Assembly: GCA_965248575.1 (NCBI GenBank) | Contig: CBDFJQ010000002.1 | Coordinates: 1,440,001 to 1,504,000, forward strand | DNA: 64,000 nt | Direction of reading: 5' to 3' | From: Planctomycetota bacterium | GTDB taxonomy: Bacteria; Planctomycetota; B15-G4 | Part shown: positions 55,372 to 64,000 of the stretch, one piece after another | How the letters are laid out: each line of letters opens with the position of its first letter | Position numbering within the stretch: the stretch's first letter is position 1 | Notes under the pieces: model-generated | The model's input: the letters and a program-made list of their open reading frames with translations, nothing else | Databases searched by the model: none | Told to the model about the DNA's origin: nothing | Made by a program: the position numbers and the translations under genes

Positions 55372-58300
55372 TCAGTAACTGGACCGAAGCCGCAGGTAGT
55401 CGGCCTGCGGGCGGAAGCTGTTGGCGTCGAAGGGGAACTGATCCGGATCCACGCCGATGTCGAACAGGACGCGGAAGCGGACGAGGGGATAGCCAGACAG
55501 GTCGGTGAGGTCGGACACCCAAGTGGTCATGGTCTCCACGTCTGGAATCTGGGAACCGGCCCGCACAGCATAAGCACCTTGGAAGGTCACGGACACGACG
55601 GCATTGTCCGAGATGGCATCCGCCTGCAACAGCGAGACGTCCGGAGCGCTGATCCCGATGTCGTTCTGAGGAGCGGTGTTGCCAAGGGATCCAGGGAACA
55701 GGCCCGGCGCACCGGTCGTGGGCGAGTTCTTGACGTAGTGAGCGGGTTTGCCGACCACGGCACCAACCGTCATCACCAGGCCGTCCTTGCCAGCGGGCGT
55801 GGTCTCCCCCGCCGACTCATGGTGCGTGCCCACGAAGGCCTCGAAGAAAGGCGGGGTGCGCCCCGTCCCGTCGCGCATGCGCAACGCCACTCCGCTGTAA
55901 TCCAACCAGCGCGAGGTTCCCGTGCTCACGCTTCCGAAGGGCGGAGGCGTCATGGACGGATGGATGACTGGCATCCGCTCGATGAGGTTGGAGGGATCGA
56001 ACACCTGTTTGCCGCCCACATCAATCGTGGGCAAGGTCCCGTCGGGCTCCACCATCAGGACACCCATGGGGATCGTCTCGCCCGCATGGGTGGTGCCCGG
56101 CGTCTTGGGGAAATCAGGGTCCGTGGACGGATTGTTGATTTCCTTGAAGTTGTTCGGATTGTAGCCGTTGTAGGTCTTGATCACCTTCCCGGGCTCGGGC
56201 TCCTGGACGAACCGGCGGCCGGGGAACTCGGGCATCTCGATGGTCGTGGTGTCGAACCACATCTGCCCCGAACCCGCCGGGTACTCGTTGGTCAAACCTG
56301 CGAACGACCCGTTGGTGCCGTCGGGGCTCGGAATCAGCGGCGGGTAGGATCCGTTGAGCACGTAGTAGTTGTCCTGCACGTTGCTTCCTACCAACGCCTC
56401 GGGCCGGAAGTAGCGGTAGTGCAGCATGTCGATGTAGCGCAGATCGTCGGGAAGCGTGCTGTTTCCTCCAAAGTCTGCGTGCTCCGCCTGCTTGCTGTTG
56501 GCATCGCCCGTCCACAACCCCAACTTCAGGATCGTGCGCTTCCTCGAGAACAAGAAGGCGCCTTCCTGGATCTGGGGCATGCCGCTTCCATCACCGACCT
56601 GGAGCTGGATCAGCCCGGAGCCACCCTGGCCACCGTCGCTTCGGGAGTACTCGAACGAGAAGGCGGTGAAGTTCGTCGTGTTGGCGGGGCTCGTCCGGGC
56701 GTCACGCCCCATGCCGCCCGACACGTCGATCGACGCACCCTGCAATCCGCTGGAGTCGACATAGGAGGCCGACTTGTGCCCCTTGTCGGCCTCGACGCGG
56801 ATGGTTCCCGCAGCCTGGAGCAAGATCGCGCCACCACTCCCGCCGCCACCACCACCACTGAAGGCGCTGGTTCTCACCACCTCGCCGCCACCGCCGTGCC
56901 CGCCACTGGTATCGATGTGCCCGAGGCGACCCACCACGATGTCGCCGAAGGAACGGATCTGGATCGAACCGCCACCACCACCCCCACCACCGGGCTTGGC
57001 ATCATAGGCAGCAGGGGACACTGCCACGCCGATCTGGAGTTTCGGATAGAAGGGAGGAGCATTGGGCGGGACATCGGGCGCACCGAGCGCACTCTGCGCC
57101 CAGCCACCGTGTCTCATGCTGTCGACCCGGGTGCCTCCTCCGCCGCCACCCTGGCCACCGATCAGGACCGGAAGCTCTCCTCCTACTCCGATGAAGTCAT
57201 TGGATGGGTCGCCGTCCTTGAAGACGGGCTCACCCGGCGCCGCACCAGGCATGATGCGCATGACGCTTTCGGGATTGGTGAAGTCCGGGACGAATCCCGG
57301 CTTGTAGGTCAAATACACACACTGAAGCGGCGTGTTGGGCAGCTGCCCGGAGAAAAAGTTCTCTTCATTGCCGTAGAGCGCGTCGGAGCGCTTGTTGTTG
57401 GTTGGGCACTTGTCGAAGGGGAACCAGGTGCTGTTGCTCTGGACACGGTAGGAGCCGCTTCCATCCCGAGCCTTCTGGCCCACCTCGTAGTACGAGCCGC
57501 CTCCGCCACCTGGCGGTCGGTGGAACTCCGTGTTGTCGGACGGCGGGATCTTCGGAATGCCCGAAATCGTCGGGTCGTAGCCCGCAGTTGACAGACCGCC
57601 CAGTCCCCCTACTTTCTGCATGACCACGGTGCCGACCGCCGTGAGGACGGGACCGGAGCCCCGCTCCCCTGTCTCGGGCGTCACATACTGGTCCAAGGTG
57701 CCTGGCCCGGTCGGGTCAAAGAGTGACGGCTGCCCATCCCCGCCCCGCCCGCCGCCAGGCCCACCGGGCCCACCGGGCACCGGCAAGAAGCCCGTATCAA
57801 AGGAATCATCGCTCAGACCATTGGTGCCCTGCGCGGACAAGACACCATGGATCTCGACACGGCGCGTGGCCGTGATCACGAGCGGCTGACTGCCTCGCGC
57901 CACCACTTGTACGCCTTCAGGAATGATGAAGTCGCGGAAGGAGAAGCGACCTCCCAAGACCGTCACCACATCCGTCACCCCAGGCGTCGCCCCACTTGGG
58001 TGCGGGAACACCTGGGCATCTGTGTCCAGGAGCACCACTCCAAAAGTGGTAAGGCTCAAGGACAGGTCCTTTTCGCCGCCGGTGGCTGACGAGCGCTTGT
58101 AGGCCTGTAACTCATCGAAACCCACGGTCATGCCCGGCAGGAAATCGCCGAGCTGGGCGATATCACTCACGCCCACGGAAGCACGCAAGCCAGGCACCGA
58201 CACCGCGCTTCCGAAGCTCCCTGCCCACTCCGCCAAGGGGCTGGTGCTGAGGGGTGTCGAGTCTTCGAACTCCCCTTGGTCGAACACCTCGAGGAAGGTG

Positions 58301-60381
58301 TCGTCCAGGGCGGCGAACAGCCCTTGCAGCGGTTCGGCCGTGCGGAAGCCCAAGAGCCGTGTGGCACCCAGCGCCGACACCTGGGCCGTGGGATCCGTAT
58401 TGAGCGCGTTGGTGCCGAACAACGAAGTGAGCGTGTTGCGTTGCATGACGTCGATCTCGGCCCCGAACGGCAAGATGCCGAGTGGCGTGAGCTCCAACTC
58501 CGCGCCTGCGTCCGAGTTCGATTTGACGATCAACTCAACATCCAGGTCCATGCTGCCGACGGCGAAGGCTCGCGCGGGGCTGAGCCCTCCTGGCAAGGCG
58601 TTGAGTGGCATGCCGAAGGCGGCCACATCGGCAAGGGCGGTCGTGATCAAGCCCGTGGCCAGGTCCACCCGCTCGACGCTGTCCAGCGTACGGTTCACGG
58701 CAAGCAGCTCAGTGTCGCCGACGAACTGAAGGTCCGAGTACTCGCCAAAGAGCTCGAGCACGACATCTGTTGCCAACCCACTGAACAGTCCGTCGTCCGC
58801 GTCGAACTGTCCATCGAGGTCAAAGTCGATGGGCGACAAGCGGATGATGGAAGGCTGGGCAGGGTCGCCATTCCGGATGGCCAGAGCGTAGAGATCACCC
58901 GCGGGTGATTGCGCTAGGTCCACGATGTCGCCTGCTTCGATCGGCTGGACATCACTCAGGAAGCCGGCCACTCCATCGCCCAGGTTGAGGCTGAGCAACA
59001 TGGGACGCGCCGCCACGGGCTCCGAAACTGCCGGACGCCGACGAATCAGGGTTGGAAGCAGTTCGTAGATGCGTCGCGTGTCCCGGTCGTAGGCCACCAG
59101 TCGTCCGTCGAGGAGCATCGTCAGGCCCACGAGCTCCGCCAACCCTGTGTCGAGGGCGCCTGTCGCTCCACCTTCCACGGCTGCCTCGGCAAGAAGTGCG
59201 TGGCTCGGGTCACCCAAGACATGGTCCACGGCCGTCAGCAAATCGCTTCCGCCATCGACGTCCAGCACAGCCCACAACAACGAGGCGTCGCGGTCACTCG
59301 CAAGGCTCGCTACAGGAGCCACGAGTTCGATGTCTGGCCCCGCCAGCGCACCGCTGCCGTCCGCATGGGCAAAGATGTCTCCACCCGCAGGGTCGGGGCT
59401 CACCCCTTCGTCCAGTCCCGAGAGAGCCGCGAAGGCGGCATGGGTCCCCAGGGCATTGCCCGGAACCTCGTGCGCCAACAGGATCTTCGTGCCCCGTGCC
59501 CGGAAGAAGAAGCTCGGTTCGACGAGCCCGTCCGCATCGAGATCCGCGCCGAAGAGGTTGCTCTCGGTGGGAGTCAGGGGACGGTCATAGACCAGTTCGA
59601 TGCTCTCGGGACCCGGGGGAAACAAGGGCACGCCTTCGAACTCGAGCGATGTCTTGGCGAAGGTCCGAGGGTAGAAGTCACCCATGCCATCCGCCGGGTT
59701 CGACGAGACGAGCGCGGGTGGCAAACCATCGGCGCCACTCGAGGGGTAGAAGGCGGCGGGGTTGGAGGTTGTTCCAAACTTCACCTCGCCCGACACTGAA
59801 CCCAGGTCCGGGTTGAGATTGGCGATCCGTGAGCCCACAATGGTGGACACGCGGGCGGTGTATGTGGAGTTGGGGAACAGCCCCGGCACCGCGTTCACCG
59901 GCCCCGTCAGGCTGGCCACCAGAGGCGCCGTCGGAACAAACGGGCGGAACTCCACCGTATCCCCGACCAAGGTGTAGGTCCCCTTGGCCTTGATGATCGG
60001 CGTCGCGCCCGTGGCACCGACCGTGGGATCCACCTCGAGATTCGTCGTGAAGACCGGAAGATTGGTGGCGCCGACGGGCCCCGTCGGCGTCCCATTGAAG
60101 CGGAAGATCACCGTCAGATTGAGCGGCCCCCCCAAGGTCGTTGGTGTCGCTTGGAGATCCTCGACGGGAGGCTGCGTGAAACTCGGATCCGAGCCCACAC
60201 GAAATGCGAACCCGAGGAACTTGATGGACTTGCCGACGCCCGTGTTCGGACCGCCGCCACCACCACCTCCCCCGCCACCACCACCGCCGCATCCTCCGGA
60301 GAGAAACGCCAGGCTGCCAGCAAGGGCCAGGATTCCCAGAGTGCGGACCCTGAAACCTACCGTGGCCCCCGCCGGGTGCAT
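55372..60381 (-). CDS. Giant lipoprotein B (1669 aa): Ig-like domains, propeller-like insert, Gly-rich repeat domain
   Basis: LGILALAGSLAFLSGG-C followed by 13 Gly; Ig-like segments; GGxGG runs alternating with short hydrophobic strands; ATG overlaps the upstream TGA. Confidence 0.82.
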   Translation of the reverse strand: MHPAGATVGFRVRTLGILALAGSLAFLSGGCGGGGGGGGGGGGGPNTGVGKSIKFLGFAFRVGSDPSFTQPPVEDLQATPTTLGGPLNLTVIFRFNGTPTGPVGATNLPVFTTNLEVDPTVGATGATPIIKAKGTYTLVGDTVEFRPFVPTAPLVASLTGPVNAVPGLFPNSTYTARVSTIVGSRIANLNPDLGSVSGEVKFGTTSNPAAFYPSSGADGLPPALVSSNPADGMGDFYPRTFAKTSLEFEGVPLFPPGPESIELVYDRPLTPTESNLFGADLDADGLVEPSFFFRARGTKILLAHEVPGNALGTHAAFAALSGLDEGVSPDPAGGDIFAHADGSGALAGPDIELVAPVASLASDRDASLLWAVLDVDGGSDLLTAVDHVLGDPSHALLAEAAVEGGATGALDTGLAELVGLTMLLDGRLVAYDRDTRRIYELLPTLIRRRPAVSEPVAARPMLLSLNLGDGVAGFLSDVQPIEAGDIVDLAQSPAGDLYALAIRNGDPAQPSIIRLSPIDFDLDGQFDADDGLFSGLATDVVLELFGEYSDLQFVGDTELLAVNRTLDSVERVDLATGLITTALADVAAFGMPLNALPGGLSPARAFAVGSMDLDVELIVKSNSDAGAELELTPLGILPFGAEIDVMQRNTLTSLFGTNALNTDPTAQVSALGATRLLGFRTAEPLQGLFAALDDTFLEVFDQGEFEDSTPLSTSPLAEWAGSFGSAVSVPGLRASVGVSDIAQLGDFLPGMTVGFDELQAYKRSSATGGEKDLSLSLTTFGVVLLDTDAQVFPHPSGATPGVTDVVTVLGGRFSFRDFIIPEGVQVVARGSQPLVITATRRVEIHGVLSAQGTNGLSDDSFDTGFLPVPGGPGGPGGGRGGDGQPSLFDPTGPGTLDQYVTPETGERGSGPVLTAVGTVVMQKVGGLGGLSTAGYDPTISGIPKIPPSDNTEFHRPPGGGGGSYYEVGQKARDGSGSYRVQSNSTWFPFDKCPTNNKRSDALYGNEENFFSGQLPNTPLQCVYLTYKPGFVPDFTNPESVMRIMPGAAPGEPVFKDGDPSNDFIGVGGELPVLIGGQGGGGGGTRVDSMRHGGWAQSALGAPDVPPNAPPFYPKLQIGVAVSPAAYDAKPGGGGGGGGSIQIRSFGDIVVGRLGHIDTSGGHGGGGEVVRTSAFSGGGGGGSGGAILLQAAGTIRVEADKGHKSASYVDSSGLQGASIDVSGGMGRDARTSPANTTNFTAFSFEYSRSDGGQGGSGLIQLQVGDGSGMPQIQEGAFLFSRKRTILKLGLWTGDANSKQAEHADFGGNSTLPDDLRYIDMLHYRYFRPEALVGSNVQDNYYVLNGSYPPLIPSPDGTNGSFAGLTNEYPAGSGQMWFDTTTIEMPEFPGRRFVQEPEPGKVIKTYNGYNPNNFKEINNPSTDPDFPKTPGTTHAGETIPMGVLMVEPDGTLPTIDVGGKQVFDPSNLIERMPVIHPSMTPPPFGSVSTGTSRWLDYSGVALRMRDGTGRTPPFFEAFVGTHHESAGETTPAGKDGLVMTVGAVVGKPAHYVKNSPTTGAPGLFPGSLGNTAPQNDIGISAPDVSLLQADAISDNAVVSVTFQGAYAVRAGSQIPDVETMTTWVSDLTDLSGYPLVRFRVLFDIGVDPDQFPFDANSFRPQADYLRLRSSY

Positions 60382-63300
60382 CAGTTCACCTTCTCGTACG
60401 GAATGATGATCGAGTCGATCAGGGGCGGCTGAGTCGAAGACGGCGCCACGCCGAAACTGGCCCGGAACTTCACGAAGGTGTACTGATCATCGGGGCCACT
60501 GAGGAGCGCGCTGAAGTCAGGTTCATCCGAACGGACGTAGCCGGATTCCAACTGGGCCACCGCAAAATCCAGCTGCCGACCAGCGCGGAAATCCACCGCC
60601 AGGGAAGCGAGGGGGTCCACACTGCTGAGGGGCGGGTTGATGATCGGACGCTGGTAGCGGACCGTTGCGCCGTCGACCTCCAACGTAGGCGACTCGATGA
60701 TGGACACGCGCTTGCGGTACTTCCACATCATGTAGTAGCGCGCGTTGTCGCCGTATCTCGAAGGGGGCGCCGTCATGCCAGGTTCGTTGCTCAACACGTT
60801 CGGGTTGTTCGAGAACGCGAGGGCGATGGGAATCTGGAGGTTGCAAGAGACGGCCGCCGGAACGCCATAGCCAAACCAGAAGGTCGGAGGCTGACCGTTC
60901 GGACCCGGGTACGACGTGGGATCCGGGAGCGGGTTGATGAGCGCACCGCTCGCAAAGTAGAAATTCGATTCTGGATTGCTGTTCGGCGTCGGAAGAGTGG
61001 CCAGGCAGCCGTTGCCGTCCAGGACACCGTCGTTTGCATCCCGAGAGGTCTGCAGCAAGTTACCGTCGATGTCACGGGGCGGGGTGATGTAGGCCAACGG
61101 TAGCTGGGTCGGCATGCCGTTGTGCTGCTCTTGCGGCGTCACAGGCGAGCTGTAGCAACCGGGCTTCAAGAGCGGCCCACCCTCACCCGCAGGCAGGAAG
61201 TTGCCGCTGTTGATCGTGACATTGGCCACGCCGTGGGCCGCCGGATGCTGCCCCTGGCTCCAGATGCGGAAGCGCGGCAGCACCGAGGTCAGGATGCCCG
61301 GCGAGAAGCGGTAGAGGTTGGTGGGAGGCGGCGACGCGTTCGGTCCGATCGAGTATTCGATCAGCATCGGGAAGCGGCTGTCGTAGGGGAACGAGAAGAC
61401 GTTCGGATCCTCGAAGAACGGGTCGAACCCTGCGTTGAAGGTGGGGTAGTCCAGATACTGGTTGAATGTTCCCGCGCCAGAACCCGAGTTCGAGGGCTTG
61501 AACAAGTTGGTCGAGTTGATCGTGTAGGGCGTGCCCTTCTTGACCACGACTGTCGTGTCGGGCTGCGGAAACTCCGCCAACTGTGCCTGGAAGTTGGGCG
61601 TCAGTGTCTCGTTGCAGTTCTGCCAGAAATCGAGTTGGTTGCAATCGAAGTGCCGCTTCAGCCCGCTGTTGCCGTTGGCGGGAATCCCGTTGGTCTGATT
61701 CGTATCCGGCCCGCGCCCACCGTTCATGCCGCTGAGTCCAACCAGCAGCTCGAAGTCATCCAGAACCGTCGGTAGCAAGGGGTCGTTGAAAGGCGACCAG
61801 GCCAAACCCACCAGGTCCAACACGACGCCCGTGAAGTCGCTCTTGGCTGGAGAAGCATCACCCGGTCGATAGATGTGCTGAAAACGCGCACCGTAGGCGG
61901 AGTTGATGGGAGTACTCACACCAAAGCCGAGGGAGATCAGGAAGTCCTCGCCATTGGGCGAAGACACCGGCGACGGCTTCGGGGGGTTGTTGTCGTCAAT
62001 CAGATGTTGGATGACCGAAGCAGGAGCACCTGTCAGGCGTCCGGGGATGTTGAGGCCGACCTCCACCACCTGTGGGCCGTAGATGAAACGGCGATCGATG
62101 GTCCCGTCGTTGTCCTCGTCGATCGGCGGAAAGTCCTTGAACTCCACGCCCGCCACTACGGTGTCGTGAACCACGCCCGTCGGGTAGCTGAACAGCGACG
62201 TCTGCGCCTGCCCCTGGAAGCGGTGCACCACGACCCCATAGTCGATGTCGCTCGAAGCCTGGGTCTCGAAGACCATGGACACATCCACGGCTGGCGGGAA
62301 CGGCCCACGCGCAGGGCTGGTGGAAGACAGGAAGAAGTTCTCGTTGTCGCCTTGATCCAGCAGGGCCGGCGGCAAACCGAAGCCTCGTCCGCCGAGGTCG
62401 ATGCAACCTGCAACGCCGAGGTCTTGGAGGTCCAGCAACTGGGCCAGAACGGCGCCCGTTGCCGTGTCCTTGAGCTCGCTGATGGTGACTTCAGATGGCA
62501 GCGTCCTGAGCACGAGCCGCAACTGGCTGGCTGTCCCACCAAACCCGATGAAGCGCGAGTTGGTCGGATCCACCTGATCTTCGAGGTAGGGTTGGAACTC
62601 GATGGCAGAGCCGTTGTCGAAGGCAACTGAGCGCCCGACGCGCATGGACTCGAAGGCGGGGTCGGTGACCGGCAGGGAGCCGTCGGTGATGTAGAACGTC
62701 TCGTAGGGGTTGAAGCTGTCGACGTCCATCCCCTCGCTGAACTGGATGCGCAAGGATGTGCGCGGGGGGACGCTCAGGAAGGTCCCGGTGGCGGAGTTCC
62801 AGCGATCCAGATGTTCCACGCCGTCTTCGCCGAACATTCGCACGAAGTACCGCAGGTCGCTGTTGAACTGATCCTGCGGGTCGAAGGGGTCACGCGGCAC
62901 ACTGACCGGGTCCACCGTGATGGCCGCCAAGGCCGCAGGCGAGCTCGGGAATGGCGGCGGAATGGGCTCGAAGAACTCGGTACGAGAGACGACGTAGGCA
63001 TCTCCCACGCTCACGGAAGGGTCCAGGAACTCGGACGCCTCCAAGCGGAAGACAGCGGTTCCCGCCTCGTTCCGGTTGGACTCGATGACGTACTGCGTCG
63101 TCAGCCCGCCATTCGAAGTGATCTCCACGAGGGCGTTGGCCCACTCGCCCAAGCCTGCATTGGCCGAGACGTTCGGCAAGACACCAAGAGTGGAATCGCG
63201 CAGCTCAACCTGGCCGCCCACGGAACCAAACGATGCCAAGACACCCGACGCTTCGACGGGGCGCACGATGCGCGGAGAGGTGACGTCTGGAAGGAACCCA

Positions 63301-64000
63301 TTGAAGGTCACCTTGCCCGTGTCGGTCTGCAGGATGATGGCGTCCAGCGCCGCGTTGCCCGGGTTCATCGGGAACGGGCGGAACGTGCTCCCCAACTTGT
63401 CAGGGCGCGTCTTGAACGGGAGACCCGTATCCGACACGAGCGCGCCGGCACCGACTCCCGACCCCATCACGATGCGCATGAAGCCGCTGATGTCCTCCAC
63501 GACGGTACCGGTCTGGTCGAACACCAGAGGGCTGGCTTCGAACCCCAAGGAGTCCTCCGTCAGCCCGATGAGAATCACACGCTTGCCATCGACGAAGCCC
63601 CGAGCAGGCACCAACTCGCCCGTCTTGCGCAGAATCTGAATCGTGCTCTGCGAACCCATGAGGTTGGTCTCGCCAGCTTCGGGGTTCAGCAAGTTGACAC
63701 TCGGTGCGGACACCGGCATCGAGAACTCGAGAACCAAGGCGGCGTTGCGTGGAATCAACGGAACCTGCGGGGTGAGCGGATCGAGGATCTGCGCCAGGTT
63801 GAGACTCGCCAAGGACGTCAGGGACGTGCCGGCGTTCAACACCTTTGGGAAGCCCGGAAGGCCAATGCCCGTCAGGGGATCGATCTCGAACAAGGACGCG
63901 GGATTGACGAGGTCCGTCAACGAGCCGGACAGGTCCAGGATGGGTCGACCGAAGGAGGCACCCGTCAGGAAGAAGTCCACGGCCGGATCCAACGCGGTGG
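60381..64000 (-). CDS. Giant Ig-like-domain protein C, C-terminal >1200 aa; begins beyond the window
   Basis: Frame is open to the window edge; Ig-like PRNAALVLEFSMPV and LRIQFSEGMDVDSF; Pro/Asn/Gly-rich; C-terminal motif shared with proteins A and B. Confidence 0.8.
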   Translation of the reverse strand, partial: TALDPAVDFFLTGASFGRPILDLSGSLTDLVNPASLFEIDPLTGIGLPGFPKVLNAGTSLTSLASLNLAQILDPLTPQVPLIPRNAALVLEFSMPVSAPSVNLLNPEAGETNLMGSQSTIQILRKTGELVPARGFVDGKRVILIGLTEDSLGFEASPLVFDQTGTVVEDISGFMRIVMGSGVGAGALVSDTGLPFKTRPDKLGSTFRPFPMNPGNAALDAIILQTDTGKVTFNGFLPDVTSPRIVRPVEASGVLASFGSVGGQVELRDSTLGVLPNVSANAGLGEWANALVEITSNGGLTTQYVIESNRNEAGTAVFRLEASEFLDPSVSVGDAYVVSRTEFFEPIPPPFPSSPAALAAITVDPVSVPRDPFDPQDQFNSDLRYFVRMFGEDGVEHLDRWNSATGTFLSVPPRTSLRIQFSEGMDVDSFNPYETFYITDGSLPVTDPAFESMRVGRSVAFDNGSAIEFQPYLEDQVDPTNSRFIGFGGTASQLRLVLRTLPSEVTISELKDTATGAVLAQLLDLQDLGVAGCIDLGGRGFGLPPALLDQGDNENFFLSSTSPARGPFPPAVDVSMVFETQASSDIDYGVVVHRFQGQAQTSLFSYPTGVVHDTVVAGVEFKDFPPIDEDNDGTIDRRFIYGPQVVEVGLNIPGRLTGAPASVIQHLIDDNNPPKPSPVSSPNGEDFLISLGFGVSTPINSAYGARFQHIYRPGDASPAKSDFTGVVLDLVGLAWSPFNDPLLPTVLDDFELLVGLSGMNGGRGPDTNQTNGIPANGNSGLKRHFDCNQLDFWQNCNETLTPNFQAQLAEFPQPDTTVVVKKGTPYTINSTNLFKPSNSGSGAGTFNQYLDYPTFNAGFDPFFEDPNVFSFPYDSRFPMLIEYSIGPNASPPPTNLYRFSPGILTSVLPRFRIWSQGQHPAAHGVANVTINSGNFLPAGEGGPLLKPGCYSSPVTPQEQHNGMPTQLPLAYITPPRDIDGNLLQTSRDANDGVLDGNGCLATLPTPNSNPESNFYFASGALINPLPDPTSYPGPNGQPPTFWFGYGVPAAVSCNLQIPIALAFSNNPNVLSNEPGMTAPPSRYGDNARYYMMWKYRKRVSIIESPTLEVDGATVRYQRPIINPPLSSVDPLASLAVDFRAGRQLDFAVAQLESGYVRSDEPDFSALLSGPDDQYTFVKFRASFGVAPSSTQPPLIDSIIIPYEKVN

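Noticed and set aside
55330..57591. 753-aa plus-strand ORF
   Set aside because: Antisense shadow of giant lipoprotein B.
60250..60288. CCN triplet run as a phase-variable microsatellite (also 52454-52489)
   Set aside because: Mixed synonymous Gly codons in frame; a protein-level linker, not a pure DNA repeat.
1..64000. CRISPR arrays, IS elements, prophage genes, reverse transcriptases, defence systems
   Set aside because: No regularly spaced repeats or recognisable motifs seen by eye; a profile search could still find weak cases.

Overview
GC-rich bacterial chromosomal window, densely coding, with no integrase, transposase, CRISPR array or rRNA that I can see. Gene style (TPR-led secretins, giant Ig/Gly-rich lipoproteins) suggests an uncultured Planctomycetota/PVC lineage; this is inference, not a search result. 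Content in order: the end of an M32 carboxypeptidase, tRNA-Cys, a CitE-like lyase, pepA, rsmE and a uracil-DNA glycosylase. Next is a ~15 kb co-oriented envelope locus (5519-20442): PilM/PilN-like fusion, PilO-like protein, FN3-like protein, lipidated TPR-secretin, two periplasmic TPR proteins, ExbB, ExbD, ExbD and a second TPR-secretin. The locus has no PilB/GspE ATPase, no PilC/GspF, no pilin and no TonB. It is followed by a HAD hydrolase and two convergent Opp-type ABC operons, then ridA, coaD, comEC-comM, two GT-C-like membrane proteins, a phosphohexomutase, proline dehydrogenase, two phosphoesterases and an amidohydrolase. The last ~16 kb hold three giant related proteins (two with visible lipoboxes) and a small Ig-like lipoprotein, around tatD and a prepilin peptidase. 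Best candidate for an undescribed system: a proton-motive-force-driven, two-secretin transenvelope machine. Second best: the giant lipoprotein family with Gly-rich domains, movable propeller inserts and a shared C-terminal motif. All calls come from motif recognition by eye; many start codons are estimates.
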